Shown here piece by piece: positions 25,325-39,580 of a stretch of DNA of 64,000 bases. Every line of letters begins with the position of its first letter. The stretch's first letter is position 1. The stretch comes from Octopus sinensis. Taxonomy: Eukaryota. Where the stretch lies: assembly GCF_006345805.1 (NCBI RefSeq), contig NC_043006.1:62434001-62498000 (forward strand), given 5' to 3'. A program made the position numbers and the translations under genes. The notes under the pieces are model-generated. The model did no database searches and was not told the origin of the DNA. It worked only from the letters and a program-made list of their open reading frames with translations.

Positions 25325-25720
25325 TGTGTGTATGAAAAGTTTGAACGTGTTATGGCTTGACCTACCTAATGCATATGGCTCAGTGCCACAGGAATTACAG
25401 ATAAGAGTCATGGACCACTTCAACATTCCATACAAATTGAACAAAATAATGATGATGTACTATGACAGTTTCGAAATGAGGTCTACAGCTGAAAATTTTT
25501 ACAACAGATTGGTAATGATTGGAGATTGGCATTACTTCTGGCTGTACAAGTATGATATTTGTTAAGGGGGTGCAGAGAGAATTTAAGTTTCGAATAGCTG
25601 AAGAAAGCGTTCCGACAGTGAAAGAAGAACCCGTCAAGAGCTTGGTGCCACTATACTCTGGAACATGGTGAGATAGAAGTCGCGGGATGTAAATTATGAA
25701 ACAAGAAGAAGCAGAAGTGT
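25325..25720 (+). pseudogene. HERO-like (RLE-clade) RT fragment with internal deletion
   Basis: LNVLWLDLPNAYGSVPQEL..MDHFNIP..YYDSFEMR, followed by FRIAEESVPTVKEEPVKSL. Confidence 0.72.
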
Positions 25721-26244
25721 GCACTTCTGGGGCAGTATTTGTACGTAACTGCAAATATCTATGCCTGTATGTGTATGTATATTAAGTATTCGCAAAATGT
25801 GTATGTTAATTTAAGGAAATGGGATAAACATAAATAAGGACATTATCATATAAATTTTTGAATTTAAATTTTCCTCAAAGGGGTAATTGTTATTCTATCT
25901 AATTATATGTACACTAACATATTTTGCATTAGTCTACTTAAACACTTCAAATGCATATGTATTTTGAATCTGTATAAGCGAGCATATTAGCATTAATTTA
26001 TGTATTAGTGGGGGTTTTGTAAAATACATTTATGCACATAAAGATTGAAAATAGAAAATGCAGTATATAATTCGGTGTCCATATGTGAGAAATATATCAA
26101 TGAACATTAAACTGTATTGAGATATAACAATTAAAACAGAACATTCTAGGTTAAATTATTATTGTTATAGTGTACATTAGAATTTACCAGAATTACATAA
26201 TTTTGACAGAAAATAATCAAAACACCTGTGCCAGGATTCCCATT

Positions 26245-26765
26245 TACCTTAGTGGTGTTGTGTTGTGACCCTCATTGGTCATGAATGACCATGGCATTGC
26301 ACCTAGAAAGTTACCTTCCAAGGCACAAGTCTGGACAAGTTTGTTTATGGAAGATCAGCAGGCGCCCATGCATACCAGCCTTCCCTCTCTACGCCACCGA
26401 TGTTATCCAATGGTAAGGCAAAAGCCGATACAGCTTAGCACCAGTGACATCGCAACTCATTTATTAATGTGGAAGTGGCTGAGTACTCCACAGACATGTG
26501 TAGTCATCATGTAGTTCACGGGGAGATTCATCGTGACAAGGCTGGCCCTGTCAAATACAGGTACAACAGAAACAGGAAGAAAGAGAGGGAGAAAGTTGTG
26601 GTGAAAGATTACTGCAGGTTTCACTACCACCCTCTGCCGGAGATCGTGGAGCTTTAGGTGTTTTCGCTCAATAAACACTCACAATGCCCATTCTGGGAAT
26701 CGAAACCGCGATCCTACGACCACGAGTCCGCTGCCCTAACTACTGGGCCATTGCGCCTCCACACC
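26245..26765 (-). mobile_element. tRNA-headed SINE(s), probably a composite of two families
   Basis: The minus-strand head has A-box TGGCCCAGTAG and B-box GGTTTCGATTCC (26700-26762). The left half matches a different recognisable repeat body. Confidence 0.7.
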
Positions 26766-27296
26766 TTAGTGTTCTATATTCCTAATTAAAGAATAGGTAT
26801 AATGAGTATCGGACTTTGTATTAATGGCTCTTTCTCCTTCTCTCGTCCCCTCTCATTCTCTATCTATGTGTGTGTGTGTTTGTGTGAATGTAAATCGAAT
26901 GTGTATGTATGTATGCAAAAATGCAAAAAATCTTGCGGGAACCCCCCTAGTAGGACGAGAATTATCAGAATATAAATGAATTGGGAGAAATTAAAGGTTA
27001 TCGAAATCATGAATGGCAAAACAGCATTTAATTTACTTCCCTACAAACCAACAACATAATGAGTATTGTATCGGTCGGACAATGTAAAATTAAATACATG
27101 ATTTTAGATAACATAGACAGAAAAATGAAAAATCCATCTCTTGGATATGCCACATGTAGTGAAACTGTAACTGTTGTTGCGAAAGTAAAATTCGAAATAA
27201 AGGAAGAAAATAAACGACTATAAAAGTGAAAAGGTATAAACTCGACAAGAATTCGGAATCCGAAACTAAATAAAAAATATTTACTCTTATACTCTC

Positions 27297-27489
27297 TTTT
27301 ACTTGTTTTAGTCATTTGACTGCGCCATGCTGGAGCACCGCCTTTAGTCGAGCAAATGGACCCCAGGACTTATTCTTTGTAAGCCTAGTACTTATTCTAC
27401 CGGTCTCTTTTACCGAACCGCTAAGTTACGTGGACGTAAACACACCAGCATCTGTTGTCAAGCGATGCTGGGGAACAAACACAGACACA

Positions 27490-27584
<95 letters not shown>

Positions 27585-27745
27585 CCACGGGCTTCTTTCA
27601 GTTTCCGTCTAACAAATCCACTTACAAGGCTTTGGTCTGCCCGAGGCTGTAGTAGAAAGCACTTGCCCTAGGTGCCACGCAGTGAGACTGAATCGGAACC
27701 ATGTGCTTGGTAAGCAAGCTGTTTACCACACAGCCACTCCTGCAC
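27297..27745 (-). mobile_element. full-length tRNA-derived SINE (family 2) with internal (CA)n/(TA)n
   Basis: Head aggagtggctgtgtggtaaacagcttgct..ggttccgattcagtctc; tail gactaaaggcggtgctccagcatgg..aaatgactaaaacaagt. Confidence 0.9.
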
Positions 27746-27894
27746 CTATATTCTGCACCTTTATTAAAACTTCCTATATACGGATTACCTCATTGTACAT
27801 GTGTTTGAAAAGCTTAATGCAAACGCTTGCGAAGAATACAAAAACTGTTTTCTAAAACACATGTAAATATCTGTGTAAATTACGTTGCGTCTGT

Positions 27895-28082
27895 GTTTGA
27901 TCCCCATTCCTGCTTGACAACCGATCTTTCTTTCTTTACGTACCCGTAAGGTAGTGGTTCAGCAAAAGAGACTGATAGAGTACGTAATAAGAAATAAATC
28001 CTGGGATCGATTTGTTCGACTAAAACCAATCAAGGTGGTTCAACAGCATGGCCGCATCCAAGTGACTGAAACAAGTAAAAGA
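27895..28082 (+). mobile_element. SINE family 2, 3' half
   Basis: gcttgacaaccgat..ggttcagcaaaagagactgatag..gtgactgaaacaagtaaaaga. Confidence 0.8.
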
Positions 28083-28464
28083 ATATATATGTGTGTGTGT
28101 ATACATATGTTTTAAAAGATTATTACTGATAAACAGTGTTACTAGAAGCATTTATTAGCGCAACAATCCTTTCGGCTTCATACTACACTGCTCCCTAGTG
28201 GGTGTGCAACGGTGTAATAATAATAGATGCAACGAACAGTGCGAAAGAGCCTCCTCAGGTGACATAAAATGCTTCACGAATTCACAGATTTACGTTTCAA
28301 ATTCGCCAAAGGCTATATGATGTTGGTGAGATATTCTAGCAGTTCACATCCATTCGTAACAGGGATGGAGAATTGGTCACGAGGAAAATAAGAGAATAAA
28401 AGTAAATGGATAGATAGATACATATTTATATATAGATGGATATATGTATATATGTACATATCTG

Positions 28465-28610
<146 letters not shown>

Positions 28611-29945
28611 AATATATATATATATATATATATAATATATATATATAATCTTTTGATAAGATTATACTTAGTTTTTCCTAATGTATTTTCTTTTGATTTT
28701 AGCATCTGACCCTAAACCCCTGACTGTGTTATCTCTTTAGATTCTCTTTAAATTCATAGCTGATTTCAACAGCAATAAATTAACTGTTTTACTGGCCAAA
28801 GAATAATATTCTCCTCTAGTTCCTAGATGCCTGTAAATAAAACCAGACTTGCCGTCTACTAATTCTTCTGGATAACTAGAAGCCTATTTTTTATTTTTAT
28901 ATTTTTTTTCCCTTCTTTCCCTATTTCTTTCTCTTTTCTCTTTTTTCTGTTTCTTCTTCTTATTCTCTTTTTCCTTTTCTCTTCTCTTTTAGTCCCCTTC
29001 CCCTTTTTTTGCTCCCTCCTCCCTTATTTTCTCTCTTTTCTTCTATTCCCCTCCCTTTCTATTCTTGGCCTCTCTAGAAAGCCCTTCAGCCTTTATAAGT
29101 TAAATAGCTACAGCCTCTTGTAAATAGCAGTAATGTGATTAATGTGGCAAATACCTAATCATATAACAAGAATTGATACCTACCTCATGGTGTTCAACCT
29201 TTGATAATTTATCGCCTGTGAATATGAAATTCCTCTTCATTTCTCTGGAAACTTACATCTACACCATTGGAAATTGTGCATCTATACAAAGGATTAATTC
29301 ACCCTCTCTGTAATGCTAATAAGCAGGAATCGAGACCCACCTCGTTGTGATTAACGATGGATAAATTTGTCTTCTGTGAGTATGTAATCCCTCATCATAT
29401 CTCTGGAAATTCATATGTGCTCTATGGATTAGGTCACCTTCTCTGTGATGCTATTAGAACTTTTTTAAAATTCTGTGATAAGACTGTACATCATCTTTAA
29501 AGAACTTTAATGAACTTTGGAAATCTGTGTATGTTACTTAATTATCTACATTACTTCATGAGTATAGCCTCAACCACTAGGATGTCTAGAGAACTCACAT
29601 GTATTTTAGCTGATGAGTACGGGACACGTTTATATGCTGTAATTTTTACAACTTTTAATAAAGCCTGTCCTTGTATGAAACGATTGTACTAAAAACCTAT
29701 CCATTCTTGTTGCTTCTTTCTCGCTTATAATCACCCCACATTACTGTATTGTTAAAACAGTATAGTTTTTTTTGGTGCATCTAAGTTAGGTACCATATTC
29801 AAGTAAATTCATTTAAATTAACTTGAATCTTTATTGCTTTTTGTATATATATATATATATATGGATAACATCGATATTTGAATACCGAACTTTTCAGCTG
29901 GCCAGCATGGAAATAAAAACCTTCAAAGCTAATGATCATTTCTTA

Positions 29946-30066
29946 TAATTTAGAGTATGTAAGAGATACCACCACGCTGGGAATAGCAGTCAAAACTTGA
30001 CTAGAAAACTACATTTAATGTGGTTTTAGAGTCTAGTTTTGACTGCTATTTACATACCCTAAATTA
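29946..30066. repeat. ~120-bp hairpin repeat related to the 8010-8298 palindrome
   Basis: aatagcagtcaaaac..aaactacatt pairs with aatgtggtttt..gttttgactgctatt. Outer arms are taatttagagtatgtaa and ttacataccctaaatta. Confidence 0.7.
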
Positions 30067-30079
30067 TAATTTTTACATG

Positions 30080-30120
<41 letters not shown>

Positions 30121-31064
30121 TTTTAGCAAAAATTCACACAAGTACCAAGGATGTAACAGCCTACTTATAAAAGTAGAAATACCAGGTTTTGGTTAAATGT
30201 TTTTGTATGATATAGCTAAACAAATAAATGGAGTTAAACGCAGGTGTTATTCAAATATGTATACTTACGGCATATGCATCGAAAGAAAATTGCCATTATT
30301 CCAGAACGAATAACATGATGTAAAACAATGCAATCTTTTTATCAGGGAAAAATAAGAGAAAAAAGGCGCATCAATAAGACATTTTAAACGAATGTGATTG
30401 CTGCATATATGATGAATGGAAATCTTGTACGTTATTAAAAAAAAAACATAATATATATAACGTCAAAGGCAATTTATAGAAAGAGTGGAGGTGGGAAATA
30501 AAGAAATTATCAGAAAATTAAAAGTGGAGAAACATATTGTGCAATAGGTGAACAGGAAAAAAGGTTGCAGGCAAGAAAATATATATATTTAGTGGAAGTG
30601 AAATGTAAGAAGACAGTTAAAGGTCGAATTTTTTAGACTGTTAGAAATCACTTATCGGAACTAAAGGTATGTTTTGCCAACGTTTGCAAAGAGAAATTTG
30701 TTCTTTAAATGTGTTTACAAGAGAACAGGATGAAATACTTCTCACTGTTATAGAGGGAGAAAAAAGATTTACAGTTATCATACAGATTTATCATTATCAT
30801 ACAGAAATGATTTAGATAGAATATTCCATTCCAAATCAAATTGTTTATTATGTTCCTTTAGAGACCAAATTAATTCACTAAGCCCATAAGCCCAGTATTG
30901 TTAAGTTTATTGATATATCTAAATGTAGAGTAATGATTAGATTTTAGTTTGGAAGACTGAGATGAAGAAGTACCTATATAAAAAAGACGTCAGAACTAGA
31001 ATTAATTTTACATTGATAAATAGAGATCCTTTCACCATAGATGCAGTAAACATTCGGTTGAAAT

Positions 31065-31155
31065 GTCTTATTGCCTTTTGTTTCTCTTTTCATCCCTGAA
31101 GGCCGACCAAAGCATTCCGGGTTGATTTGATAGACGGTTATTGAAAGGAGCCTGT

Positions 31156-31209
<54 letters not shown>

Positions 31210-31440
31210 TATATTTATATGTGCGTGTGCCTGCGTGTGTGTGTGTGTGTGTATGCATGTATGTATATGTGTGTGCATATGTATGTATTTGTGTATCTCT
31301 GTTTGTCGATGTTGGAGTGTTTACTTCCCCGTGACTTAGCGGTTCTGCAAAAGATAAAGTACAAAGAATATGTCCTGGGGTCGATATGTTCGACTAAAGG
31401 CGGTGCCCCAGGAGTGAAATGGCTGAAACAAGTAAAATAA
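31065..31440 (+). mobile_element. diverged SINE family 2
   Basis: ggccgaccaaagc..tagacgg, an internal microsatellite, then gacttagcggttctgcaaaag..gactaaaggcggtgc..ctgaaacaagtaaa. Confidence 0.75.
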
Positions 31441-31769
31441 TAAAATACTAAAATGCTCTGTCATTCTACCATTCCTGTCTAATTTTTCTTAGAAGAAACT
31501 GCTCTTTCCCTTTCAGATTTCTCGTTTCTTTGAGCTGGTGTTCAAGGAATGGGCAAGAAGTGTATTTTTCTAAACGTAGATCCTTAAAAACCATTAAAAG
31601 TACGTAAGATTGTGTTCCTGTAACATGAATAAGCATTAAAGCTTATAAAATCATATTAAAATGCGTACAGTAAATGTTAAGAAAACACCGTAAAGTAGTT
31701 TTGCTTAGTAAACGAAATCAAGAAATCAGTTGTGTTGTCTTATTTATCGGTCTTTTTGAGCTCATATTG

Positions 31770-32255
31770 CACTGTGGTTCCAATATCTACCGTTAGGCAT
31801 CATTGTCACTCGTGATTCCCGCAATTGCCTTGAACTCAGATTTGCTACTTTCTCATTATCATTCATTTGTGACTTTATTTTTTGCCCCCGTGGTTCCAAA
31901 GAAAATTCATAGTGAAAGTGCTAAGTCTCATGCTATTACGCTGGAAGACAAACTTGCTATAATAAAACACCATAGCAAAGGTTATTATTCTACTGCATTC
32001 ATAAATAAAGCGTCGTTGTTGTGCGGAAAACACTGTAAAATTATATTCATGAATTCAGTTTCTTTTTTAAGTACTGTATTAAAACATTATCTGTTTCTAA
32101 GCTTAAAGTAGGTTTGTATTAACCACGTGTTATTGACAATGCATTCCCAAATAAAGTACAGAATTCGGTATGGTTACTATCGGTTGAGCCTGGAGATAAA
32201 TAAATTCGACTTAACTCGTGTTTCCTGGAACCAGTTAATGACGTAGGGTGAGGTA
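31770..32255 (+). mobile_element. pogo/Tigger-type internally deleted relic
   Basis: APVVPKK..KSHAITLEDKLAIIKHHSKG resembles the N-terminal HTH_psq (CENP-B-like) motif. The 3' end ttcgacttaactcg..tggaacc..gacgtagggtgaggta is TIR-like. Confidence 0.5.
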
Positions 32256-32259
32256 TATA

Positions 32260-32268
32260 GATAGATAT

Positions 32269-32365
<97 letters not shown>
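32260..32365. repeat. (GATA)n microsatellite
   Basis: Direct observation. Confidence 0.95.
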
Positions 32366-32366
<1 letters not shown>

Positions 32367-32419
32367 CGCCATGATTGACCGCTAAATTCAAAACTTGTAC
32401 AACAGGGGTGAGATCGTCA

Positions 32420-33535
32420 GATGACTCCAAGGATTCGATTTGCTTTTGCAGTTGCTTGGTTTATGTGGTTCCTGAAGGTCAGACCTTTGTCGATCAAGAG
32501 GCCAAAATCCCCCTCCACCTCACATTCTGCTAGCTCCACCACAGTCAGTTTGCTCTGTGCATCTTGGCCTCTCATGTAGTATTTCCTGTCCATCTTCGTG
32601 TCCCCCAACCTCAAGACGGAACATTTCTCAGGATGTAACCGCATTTGCCAGTTCGTCGACCACTTGTGAAGGCGATCCAGGTCGTCTTGCAGCGTTGCCA
32701 TGGTCACATCAACGTCATTCTTTGCGACGATCTTTGTGTCGTCTTTGTGACGTGGCTCTGGGCATGCCGAGGCAGATCGTTTCTATACATGAGAAACAGT
32801 ATTGGACCAATGACACTGCCTTGTGGGATGCCACCTTTCAACTCTTCTCTCTCTGACTTCACAGCGTTGACACAGACTCGTTGTGACCGGTGGCTCAAGA
32901 AGTACTGGACCCACTGAAGGACATTTCCCTTGATACCGTGAGCTTCTACTTTGGCAACAAGCCTACGATATGGGACGCTGTCGAACGCTTTTAAGTAATA
33001 CATGTAGGTCGCATCGACTTCTCCCTCTGCATCCAAAGCTTCCGACGAGATGTCAATAACATCAAGCAGCTGAGTCACACATGATCTCCCCTTTGTGAAC
33101 CCATGCTGTTCTTGGTTGAAATAGGTCGTTTTGCCACAGGTACTCAATGCACCTCCATCAGCTTGCACAGTACGCAGGTCAAGCTTACTGGCCTGTACTT
33201 GCTGACCGCAAGACGGTTCCATTTCTTGAATATGGGAGTGACGTTAGCAGTTCTCCACTCGTCTGGGATTTTGCTTGTCTCCATTAATTTTCTGTAGACA
33301 ATTGTGATTGGCAGAGTGAGTAGATCCGATACCTCGGAAAGTATGCGTAGGCTGAGTCAATCCGGTCATGGCGCATTAGCAATCTTCAAGTTTGTCAGCT
33401 GCTAGTGATTTTTTTGCACAGAAATGTTTAAGTTGGTTAGATCTGTGTCATACGTGTACTGTAGCATGTCTGGTAGATCGTCTTCTTTCTCTACAGAGAA
33501 GACACTCTGAAAGAAAGTGTTGAGCAGTTACTCAA
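32420..33535 (-). pseudogene. CR1-clade LINE RT fragment, decayed
   Basis: QHGFTKGRSCVTQLL, KAFDSVPYRRL, GIPQGSVIGPILF, DDTK (FA codons deleted), LQDDLDRLHKWSTNWQMRLHPEKC, KANRILG. Confidence 0.9.
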
Positions 33536-33542
33536 TCCATTG

Positions 33543-33584
<42 letters not shown>

Positions 33585-33611
33585 GTGTGTGTGTATCTGT
33601 GTGTGTCTGTG

Positions 33612-34272
33612 TATTCAAATATTATTTAATAATAAAAGGTAAAATTATTAATAATTTTACCAGGTAGCCAGTGCGAGAATTAAAACCATAGAGGTAAATT
33701 TTACAAAGTATTTTATAATTATACACATAATTATAATAAGGGGACGGCTTTTTGTCTCACCAGGCACCGTAAGAAATATACGTTACTACATTAAAATCTC
33801 CAGGAATAACACACTGTATGATAGGTAAGGAAAAGAAAAATGTACTTTTACTTACTGTTACTCTTCAGCATAGTACTTTATATAACTTCAAGAATATTTG
33901 AATATATGCACGTGATCAGCGTCATCGTATGTCCGATATCAATCCACACTCTTAAAAATATACTGCCGACCATAATTCATATCTTTCTTTTATACCCATG
34001 TGTGTATTAAGATCTAGACCGCAGTACATGCAGTTTCGATCACGGAGCGAATTTATTCAAATATTGCTTAAATAATAAAGGATAAAATCAATAATAATTT
34101 TACCAGGTAACCAGTGCGGAAATAAAAAAAAAACCTTATAGGTAAATTTTACAAAATATTTTATAAATTTCTTGTGCTTGCCTACAATAAAGTGTGTTAT
34201 TCTTGGAGACTTTAGCGGCTATTTCTTACGGTGCGTTGTGAGGCATAAAGCCGATCGCTTGTTATAATAATG
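33612..34272. repeat. ORF-less tandem-plus-inverted repeat (442-bp period), pLTR-like architecture
   Basis: 33612-33718 is repeated at 34054-34166. 34191-34268 is an inverted copy of 33729-33815. Flanked by (TA)n. Confidence 0.75.
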
Positions 34273-34290
34273 TATATGATTATAAAATAT

Positions 34291-34350
<60 letters not shown>

Positions 34351-34669
34351 CGAGAGAAAGAGATAGACAGATAGATAGATAGATACATACATACATACAT
34401 AGATTTGCATGTGTATTTACGTGTCATGCACCTATTACCTTCCTCCCAAGCACTGGTGTAAACAGTATAAGTGAACTAGAACCTTAAACCTTAGTGCGCA
34501 TGCACAACAATGTTTTAGATCAATCTGTACCACGCCCCTTCATACTGCGTGCTTTAGCTTCGTTACTAAGGCAACAGTCCTGATACTTATTGATGAGATT
34601 ACGTATATATTATATAGCTGCTTCCATATGTGTATGTATGTATGTATTGATTATATATATATATTATAT

Positions 34670-34789
<120 letters not shown>

Positions 34790-35182
34790 GAGAGAGAGAG
34801 AGAGAGGAAGAGAGGCATACAGACAGATGATCACATATACCATAGCGCATGTAGTAAATCGGATTTTTATGGATATTTATCAGTATTGTTTCTCTGCTAA
34901 ATCTTTGTCTGGTGGGACGTTAATTCTGAAGTTTTTTGCTCACCTAGCTCTGATTATGAACCGTTAATTGGAACTTGGCTCTGTATGTTCTGGTGTGTTG
35001 AGAAATCCTCTACTTACAGTACCTATGTCACTGTTCCGCTCCTATGACATAGCAGTTAAATACCCTTCAAACTACAATTTAAAATCTTGGATAAAAGGGG
35101 GAACTTTTGAATGTAGCATTAATTTATCTACTTAACTCTTGTCTTACTATTTTAATCAAAGTGTGGAAAATTTTTGTTCTGC

Positions 35183-35555
35183 TTTGTAAGGCGCCGAGAT
35201 GGCTGAATCGTTATCACGCTTGGCAAAATGCTTAGCGGTATCTCGTCTGTCTTTACGTTCTGAGTTCAAATTCCGCAAAGGTCGACTTTCATCCTTTCGA
35301 GGTCGATTAAATAAGTACCAGTTACGGTTTGCCTGTCCTTGTCTATCCTCTCTGTATTTAGCCCCTTGTGGGTAGTAAAGAAATAGATATTTCGTCTGCC
35401 TTTACCTATCCAAGATTATATTGCACCGGGGTCGAACTTACCTTTCGTCTTTCGAGAGTACCAGCTAAAGTACTCATTGAGCACTGGCGTCGATGTATTC
35501 GACTTAGCGCCTCTCCTGATATTTCTGGTCTTGTGCCAAAATCTGAAACCAATAT
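35183..35555 (+). mobile_element. SINE family 1 (head plus duplicated or nested 3' part)
   Basis: aaggcgccgagatggctgaatcgtta..gttctgagttcaaattccgc..aagtaccag..gtgccaaaatctgaaaccaatatt. Confidence 0.85.
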
Positions 35556-36479
35556 TAATTGTGCATCATTTCATTTCGTTATTTCCTTGCACAATATCTT
35601 TGTAACTACTATTTCTGATTCGCCCTTTCCTTTTTTAATATGAAAGCATGTAATATGCGAGTGGATTGGCTACACATTCTAGTATTTCTTGCAACCGTTT
35701 TGGTAGTTACTTTGTTTCTGCTGCAGGTGCTGATCGTAATAGAAATTTTTTTGACGCTACTGGTGATTGTGGTTGTTTGAAAATATTTTTACTCATTGTG
35801 CAAAAGCTGGCGAATTAATAGACAAAAACAAAATAATTAACAAACGAAATGCTCTTCGTCTCATTTCTACAGATTTGTTTGCAAAGGAGTGTAGAATGAA
35901 GAAATATAATTGACAGGTTTCTTGAACGGGAGTAAAATTTTAATTCGTGGGTGTGTTTGTACTAGGATTACTAAATGTTTGGAAGATATACAGTGATTAG
36001 TCAATTATAGTTACTTGATTATTTATTTATTCGTCTGTTGTATTCTCAATGAATTTACGTCATATGGATATAGCTATTCTCATAATGCAATCTCCAGTGG
36101 AAGACATTATTTTTTCTGAAGATTAGGATGCTCTATAGTTATCAGTGTTATAATTCAGTTATTGTAACTCGTAAATTAATAGAATAGCATTGACGTTCCT
36201 CTGTTTCTTCGTTTTCGGGAATACTTAAGATATTAGAAATGTAGACATAATGATTCCACTTTTATATTTAGTATTTTTTGCATAGCCATGAATTTTAGCA
36301 TGGCTATGAATAGCCATACACGTACTATTCTACTTGGTACACTGTTTTTATTTATAAAACAAGAGGTATACAAGCTCTATTATAATGAATTGAATGGATG
36401 TCAGACATATTAAATTCCTGAAACAAAGAGTTTCTATTTCAGGTATTTCTTTTCATTTTGCTTTTCTTTCTTTTTTTCG

Positions 36480-37090
36480 ATGGCTAAAAAAATCAAACCG
36501 TTTAACGATGGGTATTTTTACAAGCCTTGAGTAATAATAAATTAAATAATAGCCAAATGCTGGATATTAATGACATCAACTAAGACGTCTTCGTATATTC
36601 TTTGGAACTTATGTTCTACACTATTGAACGTGATTATTGAGAAAATCGGTGTAGTATCTAATAAAACTGCTTCTGATATTTAGTAACATATTTAGAAACG
36701 TATTTTTAATTCCACGAAAATTTCATCGACTTTTCGTGTTATGCCTTTCAAAATTGAAATACTTATGAATTGCTATGGGTCCACATATTTGATGTGGAGC
36801 TGGTCAAGGACATGCAAATAGCCGAAAATTTTATATTTTTTTCAAGTTGTGAACTACGAAAAGAGTGCACAGCAATATCGACATTAGTTTGTATTGGACT
36901 CACAATGTACGACAAAGAAAATTGATACCTCAGATATTACACTAATCCGACACCACTTCAGTTAATCAATAAATAATTTTGATATAATTAGAAATTGCCG
37001 CCAGGAGAATAAAATTTTCCCAACTAATATCAAATATGAAGACACCGGATATGCATCGTTGTAACGTCGGAAGCGTACCAACAGCCATCC
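36480..37090 (+). pseudogene. possible very old hAT (GTF2IRD2-like) transposase relic
   Basis: AKKIKPFNDGYF resembles the conserved KPF.DGEF motif. Downstream matches are weak. Confidence 0.3.
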
Positions 37091-37334
37091 TTTACACAAC
37101 TAACCGGTAGTTCGCATTATGATATTCCGTTTTCTCCGAATCAGCCGACAATGCAGAATAATTACTAGAAGCGGCGGGCGACAAAATCTGTAGAATGCCG
37201 AACGAAATATTATGAGATAATTCATTAAATCTCTTTCAGTTCTGATTTCAAATCGCAATGAGTATTTTTCTTTTTCATTTTCCATGCTCTAAAAGTTAAT
37301 GAAATGTTATAGATTATACATTTACTGGATAGTC

Positions 37335-37555
37335 TATAGGCGGCGAGATGACAGAATCATTAGCATACCGGGCGAAACATTTAGCGGCATTTCGTCTGTC
37401 TTCACGTCCTAAGTACAAATTCCTCCGAGGTCGACTTTGCCTTTCATCTATTGGGGGTTGATAAGGTAAGTGCCAGTTTAACACTAGGGTTGATTTAATC
37501 GACTTAGCCCCTCCTCGGATTCTGCTGGCCTTGTTCCAAAATTTGAAACTAATAT
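37335..37555 (+). mobile_element. SINE family 1
   Basis: taggcggcgagatgacagaatcattagc..ccgaggtcgactttgcctttcat..ccaaaatttgaaactaatat. Confidence 0.85.
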
Positions 37556-39399
37556 ATAATTTATACATTTAACATTGAGCAATCCGGCTACATCCCTTGT
37601 TACAATGGCATTGCGTATTCTCTTCAATAATTATCATAGCATTGCAGCGGGTTAAAGCCTCGGTGACAGAAGTTAGTACATTGGACTCAATTTGTTGATA
37701 TTCGAATACTGCAGATATCAACTTAACTTTAAAATTTTCAAGATCGACATAAGAACCAGGCACTAAATATGTGCAGATATGCTTATGCGATAAAGATTGT
37801 GCGCTTGCATGGGTGTGTACTTTTTTAATGGGCGCCTATTATGGCTGTGTATCTTTAAAAAGTAAATTTGAAAACACAGAGTCTGGGAGAGAGAAAATAT
37901 GCATATATGTGTGCGTATGTATGTGTATGAGTGTGTGTTGGGTGCGCGCGCGTGCTTGCGTATTCAATGAGAAATATTTTTTAAAATTTCCATTTTGGAA
38001 GAGTGAGATGTTAGTTTCATTACTTTGCTATATTAACGTTTGAAATTTGCCGTAACGCTGCGAATATTATGTGATTTGCCATTCAAATGTTTTTGCTATT
38101 TTCTAAAACCGCCTTTAGTCTAACATAGTAATAAAAATGTTACTTTATTGATTTATCAGCTTGTAATATGGAACCGAGGCTTTTGGGTAATAGTTATATA
38201 ATTTAGGATCGCTACCAATGAAGCTGCATTACATAGATATTGTCAATTATAGAGGATTAGCTATCATTTAGAATCAGATTGATAGTTTTAGGAAAGTTGT
38301 TATTAATTTCTTTGAAGAATGATAATTACTACAAACGTTAGCGTCCTTAATTCGTTTATCAGACGTAAACACATGTACAGAGCTTATAATAATTTACATT
38401 TTTAATGGTTATTTAGTAACCAGATTTCAAAAATGTGGTTATTAATACTTACCGCCGCACATCTAGCATTCTATCTCCTAAAGACTTCCTTAATTCCACC
38501 TCACACTAACGAGGGCAATATGTTAGAATGAGTGGATTCAAAGAAAAGATAAATTTGACCCTATCTCGTGAAATTATATATTGTCATCCGTAAACACGCT
38601 TTAGCGTGGTAACATTATACCTTATCTTTGCTATGGTATCTAACATAGCAGAATATTTCATATATCCTGAGCAGAATGATTTTAAATGCTCGTATGTGCT
38701 ACTAAGCTTTCAACATGAATTCACTGAAAGTTAGCAATAGCAGTACCACTACACTTTCCAACCCTTTAATCAATCACACATTTCTGCCTAAGATTCAACC
38801 ATAATGCAATAGTACCAAAATTGGCCTATACCTCCCAAACAGAAAATATGCCAGCAAAGAGTTGATTTATTGCAAAGTTACCAAAGAATGGCTAAGGTAA
38901 TTATTTGTACCTAACAAACCATTTAATTAAAAGTATTTATAACCGTACACGTATTGTTTAAGTCAGTCGGATAGACAAAACATGTAAAGTTTATTACAAC
39001 ATGCTAGTAGGCACCACGGACTTTTGTAACACAGTCAGCTGATGTATATTTCAACCCACAACTATTTATGAGGATTAAAAAAATTGTTTTGGTTATTGAT
39101 TGCATTTCTCTGTGATACAACCATACTAACGACACGATAGACTGCGGAAGGAAACCTTAACAACAAATGTTGAAATACAGGAAATAATATAGAAAATGAG
39201 AAAAAGTACACAAATCGGGTATTTTGCAGGACGCATGATTAAAATAATCATTTTTCGTAGAATATAGGAGATCTCCGAAGCGTAATTGACATTTACTAAA
39301 TTAGAGTAGTGTTTTCATTTTGGGAAAAAATTTGTTATTTCCAGGTAAATCCCCATCGGTTAGCGTGCTACTCGTACATTTGTCACATGCCTTGCATGT

Positions 39400-39580
39400 T
39401 CATTTTCTTTAAAGAGTTCTTGGACGGATGTTTTATTTATACGATACATCAAAAGTACCCATGGACGTGGCGGATCCCTTGCTTCTCCAGGATTGGTCAC
39501 AGATTATTTTTTTGCCTGAAAAAGAAACAGAAGGACACAAAGTTTGGAAGAAAGAGAAGAATTGACTCGAGTTCATGATT
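39400..39580 (+). pseudogene. possible mariner C-terminal relic
   Basis: tctccaggattggtc..gattatttttttgcctgaaaaagaa..ggacacaaagttt resembles SPDL.P.DY.LF..LK..L.G..F. Confidence 0.35.

Noticed and set aside
26700-26765. tRNA gene
   Set aside because: It has A and B boxes but no full cloverleaf and is continuous with a SINE body, so it is a SINE head.
29150-29800. Possible LTR-retrotransposon relic with a diverged ~160-bp-period repeat (29217 and 29377)
   Set aside because: No recognisable protein motifs could be read in any frame.
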